59,542 bases of DNA from positions 145,902,562 through 145,962,103 of the forward strand of contig NC_068984.1 in assembly GCF_001194135.2 (NCBI RefSeq), given 5' to 3'. Within the stretch, counting starts at the first letter, position 1. Every line of letters begins with the position of its first letter. A model generated the notes under the pieces. It ran no database searches, was not told where the DNA came from, and saw only the letters and a program-made list of their open reading frames with translations. Positions 27,270 to 37,300 of the stretch are shown here, in pieces. A program made the position numbers and the translations under genes. Source of the stretch: Octopus bimaculoides (taxonomy: Eukaryota).

Positions 27270-27554
27270 TGACTTCTTGCCATTTCCATCCAGCAAATCC
27301 ACTCACAAGGCTTTGGTTGGCCTGAGGCTTATAGTAGAAGACACTTGTCAAAGGTTCCCGTAGTGAGACTGGGCTTGAAACAATGTGACTGGGGAGCAAA
27401 CGTGCTTATGAAGGAGCCATGCTGACACCAAATATAAATGAAAATCCAAGATTAAAGGAATGACACTGAAGAAAGGAATGGAAAAGAAAAAAATGTTTAC
27501 ATAAAAGACAAATACAAAGAATGAGATGCAAGCGAAAGCAGTTTGGATTTGAGG

Positions 27555-27731
27555 TTATTTCGTCGTCGCATATTTAATTTCATCAAAAGCCTTCCTGGCT
27601 TTTCTTAATTCTTCATTCATTGTTAGCAGTTCTTTGACACGGGAATATTTTTTGGCATCTTTCCGAATCAAAAATATAATATCTTCAACCTGAATTCGAC
27701 CAGGACGTCCAACTTCCATAGCTTTTTTAGT
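27555..27731 (-). CDS. TAF13: TAF13 coding exon 4
   Basis: TKKAMEVGRPGRIQVEDIIFLIRKD...ELRKARKAFDE then TAA. Confidence 0.97.
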   Translation of the reverse strand, partial: TKKAMEVGRPGRIQVEDIIFLIRKDAKKYSRVKELLTMNEELRKARKAFDEIKYATTK

Positions 27732-30700
27732 CTGCAAGATGGAGAGAAATCAAATCAGAACATGAAGTAATATTCTAAACTATGAAAGCCAAATTAGATT
27801 TAAGCTCAAAATCATTTAATAGGTTTACATTCTAAAAATTTTTATTAAATATGTAGAAAAAATATAAGTATGTTGATTATGAAAATTTAATTACAAATAT
27901 AAAGTGTATATTTTATTTTTAAATTATATTTTTATATTTCTATGATAGAAATTTACTGTTTTAAGATGATCTAAATTAAAATCTGAACACAAATCTTTTA
28001 ATTTATGTTCCAAACACCAACTTAATAATGGACATCATTTTACTAAATTTTACCTCGTTTTCAAAATTGATTGAAATAAATTCTGTCTGACCCATGCAAA
28101 CATGAGAAGTGGACATTAAATGATGACAATGATGATGATGATGATTTGTTTGATGCATTTTAAATGAAGTAAAAAAAAAAGATCTTACCATTTCAGTTAT
28201 GTATTCAACAACAAGGTCTTCCAGAAGATCGACCGATTCCGTGTAAGGGTTTTGGTCATCGCCAAATCCATACATCATACAACGTACTGCTACAAAAAAG
28301 AACGACGTGAACTAAATAGCTGTTGGTGTATGGGATTGATTAAGAAAACCCTGACGCTTTGAAACCACATGGTTTCAGGTTCAGTCCCACTGCACAGCGG
28401 TTAGGGCATTTTCTACTATAGCCCTGGGCCAACCAAAACCTCAAGAATAAATTTGGTAGATGGGAACTGTAGATGCCCATTGTGTATATTTTCATTAATA
28501 TTTAACAGAAGCAACAGAGTGACTCGAGGTCCAAAAGTTTCATGCGTTGGTACTTCTCAAACTAGTTACGGGTCAAAGAGTTGTGGGTTTATACAACTGG
28601 TGAGAATTACATTTTCCTCTGGGCTGCTGAGTTCTATTTTCCCTGCTTGCAGTACCATACCTTTATAGATGTGTATATGTAAGTGTGTCTCTGTGTGTTT
28701 GACAACTGAGGCTGGTGTGTTTGCGTCCCTGTAACTTAGCAGTTCAGCAAAAGAGTCTGACAGAAGAAGTACTAGGCTTACAAAGAATAAGTTCTGGGGT
28801 CGATTTGCTCAACTAAAGGCGGTGCTCCAGCATGGCAGCAGTCAAATGACTGAAACAAGTAAAAGAAACACACACACACATATATGTGTTAATTATTAGT
28901 GATGGAAATAGTAACAATACCAAAAGGTACTCTTTATATCCAGCTTAACATGGCTGTCTTGTTAGAACACCAAATACTGCACTATTAGCCTTGAGACACT
29001 CCCTCATAAAGGTGCTTGGTGCTTCAAAGTACACACATAGATTGTAGCGGATGAGAATCGTCTGTGATGGGTGCCTGAATTTGTGTATCACGTGATTTCA
29101 TTTTATTGGAACTCATCAGTGAGACGAACTGAGTGACCACATGCCAGTCAAATCACATGGCCATCATATACAAAATCTCAGCATCTTTTCAGACACTGAG
29201 GTCACAAATAGCACTAATAATTAATTTTTAATAAGCTTGATGGCCTTCTACCCACTGAAACTGTAATGTTGAGCCTGCTGTAAGATCTGTACAGGGCCTA
29301 ACCTGCAGACCCTTATCTGCTGTAAGATCTGAACAGGGGCTAACCTGCAAACTCTCATTTGATAAAATATTGTTTTATCATCAATCATTGAATACAGAAC
29401 AAATAATGATAACAAAATGATTGATCTCTTTACACTACAATTACTTTCCTGAACAATTGTCTTATAAATAAAGTGAGACTGACCCAACACAAACAAAAAA
29501 GAAACAACAGAAATGATAGTCTTACATTCTTTTGAAAATATCTTTTTCCTCTTTTCCAGTGGTGAATCGTCTTCGATATCTTCATCGTCAAACTGCCAAT
29601 AAAAAAGAAAAGAACATACACATCAAGGCTAAGCACAGATATGGCTGTGTGGTAAGATGCTTGCTTCCCAACCACATGGTTCCAGGTTCAGTCCCACTGC
29701 ATGGCACATTGAGCAAATGTCTTCTACTAGAGCCTCGGGCTAGCCAAAGGCTTGAGTGGATTTTGTAGACAGAAACTGAAAGACTATCGTATATCATCTT
29801 CATCATCATCATCATCTTCGTTTAACGTCCGCTTTCCATGTGTGTGTGTGTGTATTTGTGTATCTGTGTTTGTCCCCCACTAACATCACTTGACAACCGA
29901 TGCTGGTGTGTTTACCTCCCTGTAACCTAGCAGTTTGGCAAAAGAGGCCGATAGAATAAGTACTGGACTTACAAAGAATAAGTCCTGGGGTCGATTTGTT
30001 TGACTAAAGGCGGTGCTCCAGTATGGCCGCGGTCAAATGACTGAAACAAGTAAAAGAAAAGAATATACATACATACCTTTTACTTATTTCATTCACTAGA
30101 CTGCGGCCATGCTGGGGCATCGCCTTGAAGAATTTTTTTAATCGAATGTAGCGGCCCCAGTACTTATTTTTTTGAAGCCTGGTACTTATTCTATCGATCT
30201 CTTTTGCCGAACCGCTACGTTACGAGGATGTAAACACACCAACACCGGTTGTCAAGCGGTGGGGCGTATACAAACACACGTATACGGGCTTCTTTCAGTT
30301 TCCGTCTACCAAATCCACTCACAAGGCTTTGGTCGGCCCGAGGCTATAGCAGAAGACACTTGCCCAAGGTTCCACACAGTGGGACTGAACCCGGAAGCAT
30401 GTAGTTGAGAAGCAAACTTCTTACCACACAGCCACGCCTATCCAAACAATGATCCTATACAAGGTTTCTTGATCTGCTAGAATTAGCAGCCAAATATCTT
30501 TCAAATCACAGCCTGGTCACACGGTGTACTTCCTGGAGGATCTAAGTGTGCCTTGGATTTTTAAACATTTTTTTAAACATATAATCAGACTTCAGAAAAT
30601 CCATACGAATACTTGAGCATTTTGATTATTAAAACATTGTAAGTAAGCATTTTTCGCCCTGATTTCCCAAAACATTCAACTTTAAAACAGTTTGTTTTTA

Positions 30701-30948
30701 AACTTCTCAAACGTAGCAAGTCCGTAAATGTGTCATTGTTCTTCAGTGAGATACGAAGTCAAGATTAAGGAGATAAATAGATTGAAATAGGTAGATCTAA
30801 TATATATCAGTTGCATAACAATATTTACATACACACGTATGTATATACATACATCCACACAGTTATACAACGATATATATATATATATACACCCCATACA
30901 CAATCAACTCAGATATATACACACCTGATCTTTGTCCGATTCAGCCAT
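27555..30948 (-). CDS. TAF13: Transcription initiation factor TFIID subunit 13, 4 coding exons, 121 aa
   Basis: Exons 30948-30925, 29592-29526, 28286-28189 and 27731-27555 give MAESDKDQFDDEDIEDDSPLEKRKKIFSKELRCMMYGFGDDQNPYTESVDLLEDLVVEYITEMTKKAMEVGRPGRIQVEDIIFLIRKDAKKYSRVKELLTMNEELRKARKAFDEIKYATTK, very similar to human TAF13. Confidence 0.97.
28189..28286 (-). CDS. TAF13: TAF13 coding exon 3
   Basis: RCMMYGFGDDQNPYTESVDLLEDLVVEYITEM; gtaaga donor. Confidence 0.97.
29275..29358. repeat. 42-bp tandem duplication in TAF13 intron 2
   Basis: CTGCTGTAAGATCTG(T/A)ACAGGG(C/G)CTAACCTGCA starts at 29275 and 29317. Confidence 0.9.
29526..29592 (-). CDS. TAF13: TAF13 coding exon 2
   Basis: FDDEDIEDDSPLEKRKKIFSKE; phases 0 to 1 fit. 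Confidence 0.93.
29634..30060 (+). mobile_element. SINE family A, near full length with tail module
   Basis: Head as above plus tail ...GAATAAGTACT...CTGGGGTCGATTTG...AAGGCGGTGCTCCAG(C/T)ATGGCCGC...GACTGAAACAAGTAAAAG. Confidence 0.8.
30076..30440 (-). mobile_element. SINE family A, full copy in inverted orientation
   Basis: Reverse complement of the same head and tail modules. Confidence 0.8.
30925..30948 (-). CDS. TAF13: TAF13 coding exon 1 (MAESDKDQ)
   Basis: aaaATGG context, gtgtgt donor, phase 0. Confidence 0.8.
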
Positions 30949-30985
30949 TTTGTCAAAGTGTAAATTATCAGACGAACCGAAACTC

Positions 30986-31995
30986 TTTTTATAATCTACT
31001 GCCTGAAACTTAATTTATGCATATAATTAAAACCAAACTGAATTAAACTAATGCTATGATATCTCGTAAAACTTAATGATCAGAAAATAAAACTTATTTA
31101 TTGTGAACCAATCTGATATATTGTTATAATTGTTAAAATTTATCTATCCACATTTCGTTTCCTAATTCCAATATAAGTTTTTAGTTCAACCCCATCTCTC
31201 ATCAATCCGTATTTTTATCGAACAGTAAGTTGCATTTCTCGCTTATTTTTTAGTTTATTTACTCAAACATTCCACATCTCTAATGATACTTCTGATGAAT
31301 ACTCTCCTCTCGTTCACATTCCTTTATTTATACGCCTGACACTTCGTTTTTTTCTTTATATATTATGTAATCAAGAGAGAATGGCTTTCAATTATGACTC
31401 TGTTAATTGTGTCGAGACGGAAAAGAGAATGAGATGGCGTGAGAAGTTCACGCTTTCCACGGGTTTTATAATTAAAATAAGATAGATTCAACCAAGAAAT
31501 TAAAAGTGTCTCTGAGATCTTGCGGGATGGAGCGTGTGTGTTGTGTACAGTGATGAAAGGCGAGCGGTTTCGATTCCAGGTCGAGTGATTTTACTGAATT
31601 GCTTTTTATCTGTCAAATATGGCCAAAATGAAAAAATCTGAGCAGGGAACATCCTCGCCATGTTGTCAGACAACTCACTAAATGTAATATATAGAATCTC
31701 TTTTAACTAGATGGCCTAATTAGTGCTGGGGTTAGTGGCTGGCTGTAATGAATATCGAGTCGCCCTGACGGAGGAAGTTAAAAGACATAATAATCGCTGT
31801 TATTAACAAGAAAGCTTGCTAGAAATAGCTACCAAATTTCCCTCAAATCACATTTTTACTGATTTTTAAAAATGAAAAAGCAATATTGAAGGCTAGATGT
31901 GGTTGGAACGTCTTTCATGTAAAAAATCTGCATCAGAAGTGATACGGGATAAACGAAAGCAACAACAACCGATTGGTTTACTTCTCGCTATAAAA
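30986..31995. promoter_or_regulatory. Divergent TAF13/TIPRL promoter region
   Basis: TATAAAAA on - at 30986-30993 and CCAAT at 31108-31112 upstream of the TAF13 ATG; ATTGG at 31972-31976 and TATAAAA on + at 31989-31995 facing TIPRL. TSS positions are inferred. Confidence 0.5.
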
Positions 31996-32531
31996 GGGCA
32001 ATCCCCCCCCCTCTCTCTCTGCCAACCCGTTAAAAGCTACGTAAACAACCCATTCGGTCGTCGTCTTCACTTCTTTACCTCTTTACTAACGACTACTTTT
32101 ATGTTTTGAGGTGATCACACCTAGAGAACATCCATTTGTCCCACGGCTTTTGCACCATTCGACTACTTCTGCTCTGACAACCCGGCCATCTTGCTCTGCC
32201 TGTGATCACCGTAAATAGGTGCAGACATGGCTATGGAGTTAAGAAACTTTACAATCACGTGGTGTCGGGTTCGCGCTGGCGGCAAGTGTCTTTTGCTATT
32301 GCTAGGGGCCGAAACCGGACGTGGTTCCTCTTGATGACGTCCTGAGCTAACTGGATCCTATAAAGGAGCTGTTGTGGTAGCAGACCACGAAACATGGTTG
32401 AAATTCCTTCCTAGAGACCACTGCTTTGTGAGTGAGTCTTAGAGACAGAAATTATGGAAGCCCGTCACGGAGATGACTGAGATATATTATTTACTTTTGA
32501 CGGATATTTGTCCTCATCTTGTTTGTTGTTA

Positions 32532-32577
32532 AACACAACGTTTCGGCTTATATATCCTTCAGCCTTCATCAGGTGTC
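32532..32577 (-). ncRNA. Minimal type I hammerhead ribozyme motif with intact core
   Basis: The minus strand reads GACAC-CUGAUGA-A-GGCU(gaaggauauaua)AGCC-GAAAC-GUU-GUGUU: stem I GACAC/GUGUU, stem II GGCU/AGCC, loopless palindromic ACGU stem III. Confidence 0.8.
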
Positions 32578-32838
32578 TTGGAGAAATTTCGAACCTGGGT
32601 TCTCATTCCTTAGGTATTTTTCGATGTTATTATTATTATTCAGGTCACTGCCTGGAATCGAACTCGGAGTCTTGGGGTTAGTAGCCCGCGCTCTTAGCCA
32701 CTACACAGGCATATGGCGTAGTGGTTAAGGGCTACTAACCCCAAGACTCCGAGTTCGATTCCAGGCAGTGACCTGAATAATAATAATAACATCGAAAAAT
32801 ACCATAGGAATGAGAACCCAAGTTCGAAATTTCCCCAA

Positions 32839-32884
32839 GACACCTGATGAAGGCTAGAGGGTATATCAGCTGGAATGTTGTGTT
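32839..32884 (+). ncRNA. Degenerate hammerhead ribozyme copy
   Basis: GACAC-CTGATGA-A-GGCT...AGCT-GGAAT-GTT-GTGTT: CGAAAC is mutated to TGGAAT relative to the other arm. Confidence 0.6.
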
Positions 32885-33242
32885 AACAACAAACAAGATG
32901 AGGACAAATATCCGTCAAAAGTAAATAATTCCTCATCTCTTAAATATAGAACTGGATGACTGAGATAATTGGCGATTTGCTTGGGTTGAGAAGACCTGTC
33001 CATCTAAGTAAAACTGAGGCCCTAAAGGCATGTCATTGCCCCTGACAGATCTCTCTCCTACAACTCATCTTCCTAACACCATCCATGTTCACTCACTGCA
33101 TTCCCCCCCCCCCATCATGCTAAACTGCCTGTCTCTGCACTTCATCCATCTCTTAGAACGGATGCTTCCAGTCAGATCATAACATCATTAGCCACTGATG
33201 ATACTCTCTTGGCTTCAGTCTATCAACTCTGGTGTATCTCAC

Positions 33243-33773
33243 CAGGGGCTTCTCAAACCTGGGTACACAACATCGCAAAAACACTGAAACTTTTGAAGTA
33301 ATCTCAGCCAACTAAACACAATTCACCTGTGTAGAAGATGTGTGGAGAGACTTCTACTGATTTAATCCCCTAATCGTTGAGAAGAAGGGTTTCCAGCAAC
33401 AACAAAAAAAAACAAATCCCATGCAAGTCTGTCCATTGAAGATAATATGTGGGTCTGTCTCTGAAACACTGATTCAAGTTGAGTTACTTATTAGAAGGAG
33501 CCAAGTAAATGCACCTCGTTAAAAATGTAACTTTTAATTAGGCTGATGCAGCACAAAGCCAGAAATTGTAAAAGTGGGAAGAGAAAAATTACACCTGTCA
33601 ACAAAGCTGTCCACAGTGGGATTTGAACTCCTTAGATTAATAACTTAATACATATCTGTTGTCTGTTCTGTGTTACCAAGCCATTTTACACTATATTCTT
33701 TACATGGGTTACACCAACACTATTGGGTATGTTGAAGGGGGTACACTAGAAGAAAAAGGTTTGAGGATTCCTG
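33243..33773. mobile_element. Old hAT/Charlie-like MITE
   Basis: Ends CAGGGGCTTCTCAAAC and GTTTGAGGATTCCTG are imperfect TIRs; the 8-bp TSD is not preserved. Confidence 0.45.
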
Positions 33774-33833
33774 GCCTCCACCCATTCTTTTGAACAGTAG
33801 CAACCTACTTGCTGACACCAAACCCTCTCTTAA

Positions 33834-34032
33834 CCCTTTAGTGTTTAAACCAGCCACATCAGGCCAAAGTTATCTTCCTGTTTAATGCTCAAGCCAGCCA
33901 GCTCTGACCTCTCACACCTACCCTACAAAGTCATTCTAAAAATAAACAGGGACATTATCAAAATCTCAAAGTTACAAGATGCTGTAATTAAACAGGCTTT
34001 GCATTTGACAGAGTAATCTGAATGCTAAAGGG
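33834..34032. mobile_element. piggyBac-type MITE (second family)
   Basis: TTAA flanks at 33830-33833 and 34033-34036; TIR CCCTTTAG / CTAAAGGG. Confidence 0.8.
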
Positions 34033-34238
34033 TTAAACCAATGCCATGACCCTTCGTTTCTCACTGACAACAATTACAAACATCAGAGGAGAAAGCTTCT
34101 CAACCACACACCCCTACCCGCACCTGAATGAACTAATTAATGAATACACTAATTATAAATTAATGCTTGTTTTTATATTTTACAGGAATTAGTACACCTG
34201 AACTTCAACTGGTTGTTGTGCAAAATATTTTTATTAAT

Positions 34239-34357
34239 ATGACAGAAGCACCACCTGCTAAGGCAAAGCTGAAAAAGGAAGTTTATAACTTTGGGTGTTG
34301 GACTTTAACTGCTTCTGAGAGCCACATTCTAGAATCTGAAGGACATGACAGAGAATG
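34239..34357 (+). CDS. TIPRL: TIPRL coding exon 1; the exon begins at acceptor 34186, so an upstream exon is implied
   Basis: [33 protein letters not shown]; gtaagc donor. Confidence 0.88.
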
Positions 34358-37300
34358 GTAAGCATATTTTGGGGTTGTTTCTATTCAGCTGTAGACCTTA
34401 AGGGAGTTGTTATGACTTTTTACATTCTGCATTCAGATCACACAAAGGGCTGTTTTCTTACTTTCCATTTTTCTTGGGTTGGTAAATTATCATTCAAATA
34501 CTGGAGTTGATTTAATTCCTTGCTCTCATACCCCAGAACTTGGGATCATGTGCATCATCATCATCATCTTCACCATTTAATGTTCATTTTCCATGCTGGA
34601 ATGGGTTAGACAATTTGACAGTGTCTGACAAACCCCAATGTCAGCTTTGCTGTGGTTTTTGTGGCTGGATGCCCTTCCTAACACCAACAATTTTACAGAG
34701 TTTACTGGGTGCTTTTTCTTTTTGTGGCACCAACACCAGTGAGGTCACCAAGGTTTTTTGCAAGACAACACCCCCTCAACTGGGGGGGGAGAGTACTATA
34801 AGAAGATAGAAAGAGGTCTCTTGCAGTTGAGGAGAAAAATGGCTGCCTCAGATGGAGAGAGAGAGAGAGATGATGGTGAAGACGAGTTGGTTGGGTAGGC
34901 CTTAGCCCCAAGTTATAGGGTGGTGTATATAGTAAAGGGGACAAGGGAGGGGGGAGGGGTAAGTTGGCGAGGGTGGAAGGAAAACAGTCAGTGGGTTTTA
35001 TGTGTGTGCAAATCTTTTACTAACATATCATCATCATCATCATCATCGTTTAACATCCGTTTTTTTATGCTGGCATGGGTTGGACGGTTTGACTGAGGAC
35101 TGGCAAGCCAGTAGGCTGCACCGGGCTCCAATCTGATCTGGCAAAGTTTCTACAGCTGGATGCTCTTCCTAATGCCAACCACTCTGAGAGCATAGTGGAT
35201 GCTTTTTATGGGCCACCAGCACGATATATAAATCTATATCTATATATACACACACACATATAACACCAAAGGATGTACATGTGATCAAGGAAATTTAAGA
35301 AGCAATACCTTTTAAAGAAAGTTCTTTGTTTTGTCTCGAGCTGCAGACACTCCCTTGTTTACCTCACTGAGATAAATGTAAGGAACCGGTGACAAAACTG
35401 TGAGAAGCTTGTAACTAATGACACCAGGGTTCACAAATTGTAACAAGTTTTGTTTTGTCTTTTTAAATCTTTGAATATGCTGTCTGCATGTTTTCTCACA
35501 TTCTCTTTATATTTCATGAACAGAATAATTTATTTCCTGCATTTCTTCACATGAATCCATTTTAAAATATCTTTATTTAGATGACATGAGTTGTTATACG
35601 ACTGGATATTTTTTTCCTCGTCCCAACACTTTTATCATAAAGCAGATTATGTTTGTAGTTATGATGTAGTTAATTATAATACTAACTTGACTATTGTCTT
35701 TTCAGGCTAATGGTGTCCCTCAGTAATTTCTCATAGTAATCTATTCTCTAAAATGTATCAGTTTTCATGACTAGTGGAGGTGGCACGTAAAAAACACCAT
35801 TTGAGCATGGCCATTGCTAGTACCACCTGACTGGCACGTAAAAGCACCCACTACACTCTCAGAGCGGTTGGCATTAGGAAGGGCATCCAGCTGTAGAAAC
35901 CTTGCCAGAACTGATTGGAGCCTGGTGCGGCCTCCTGGCTTGCCAGTCCTCAGTCAAACTGTGCAACCCATGCCAGCATGGAAAGCGGACGTTGATGATG
36001 ATGATGATCCAGCTGTTAAAACCCTGCCAAACCAGACAGTGAATCATGGTGCAATCTTCTGGCCTTGCCAGTCCCTATGAAGCCATCCAACTCATGCCAA
36101 GATGGAAAACAGACATTAAATGATGATTATGATTGTATTTTCTTCATCATCAACGTTTAACGTCCGCTTTCCATACTAGCATGGGTTGGACGATTTGACT
36201 GAGGACTAGTGGACCAGGAGGCGACACCAGGCTCCAATTTTTTTTTGCAGAGTTTCTACAGCTGGATGCCCTTCCTAACGCCAATAAGGCATAATTATTT
36301 CAACACACCATTAAATAAGACAAACACAAAAACCTTGATTCTCTAAAATAAGTTTATTTACTCACCTCATTGTGTAGGGTATTGTATATCTGCATGCTCC
36401 TTCTTGTTAACATGACAAGTACATCAAAACGAACAATGTTATTAAACCTCTTCAGTCAGCAAAATATGGTGGTTGTTAATGACGTAATTTTTGATATGTA
36501 AATGATATTTATTAGTCTGTGATTTTGTGGTTTTATTTTTTGATCGGCAGCTACGAAAAGGAATTAACTCTGCCACAGTTGCCAGAAATGGTATTTGCTG
36601 ACAATATTCTCAGACTGGAACATAATGATGGCTTTGGATTAGAATTTAATGCTTTGGATGCTTTAAAGTGCGTCGATGCTGAACACGATCTGCTTCAAGT
36701 TGCTGCATCCCAAGTTTGGAAGAATGCCAGGTAAATATATTCTTGTTTATTTTATGTTCTTTTATCCAAACAGATGTTTTATTTGATCGCCCATTCCTCT
36801 GGAGGACCATATTAACCCATTCGTGCCAAAAATTTTTCTAGTGAATGAAATTGCCTGAAAATTCACAGATTCTGTTATTTTGACCTAAATAACAACTGAA
36901 AAAAAATTCATTGAAATCCGTTTGATAGAGACTGCATACGCGTTAATAACATGTTTCATTCTTAGATACAGATCATACAGAAATCACAACTTGTATCAAA
37001 TATTTGTTTTATACCCTTATAAATCAAGGGTCAGTTTAAACGAACGATCAGCATGAATGGAGGCAAACAAGAGGAAGAGATCAAAATATGTTGAACGGGT
37101 GTGATCATTTCAGTGAACCAAGTTTTAATTTCCACTTGGAACCAGTTCACATTTGTTACATAACTACTGCTATTGGAAAAAGCATGAATGTCACAACAGT
37201 CTATCAAATCAAAATATGTAGACGTATGTTCACCTTCCTGTAACTCGGAGACAGATCTTCACCACCTCCCCTTTTCCAGCTGGAGCAGCCATATATCTCT

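Larger units (their letters stand above)
32485..32954. mobile_element. Fold-back tRNA-headed non-autonomous retroelement with hammerhead-ribozyme ends (Penelope-like features)
   Basis: Inverted arms 32486-32706 and about 32714-32929; A box TGGCGTAGTGG 32714-32724 and B box GAGTTCGATTCC 32751-32762; 25-nt one-sided tail 32930-32954; 13-bp TSD gatgactgagata at 32472-32484 and 32955-32967. Confidence 0.85.

Noticed and set aside
31551-31641. Possible C/D snoRNA (GTGATGA ... CTGA)
   Set aside because: There is no terminal stem, it is intergenic, and it contains GGTTTCGATTCC, which is more consistent with a decayed tRNA-derived SINE head.
31520-31661. ATG in good Kozak context (aacATGG, - strand) as the TAF13 start
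   Set aside because: The peptide is unrelated to TAF13 and has no suitable donor; MAESDKDQ at 30948 splices in frame instead.
32654-32775. Functional tRNA genes
   Set aside because: A/B boxes are present but the acceptor stem does not close, and the sequence continues into a repeat body; these are SINE heads.
36812-37062. Third piggyBac-like MITE
   Set aside because: The left end TTAACCCATTCGTGC is clear, but the right TIR and TTAA are too degraded to support a call.
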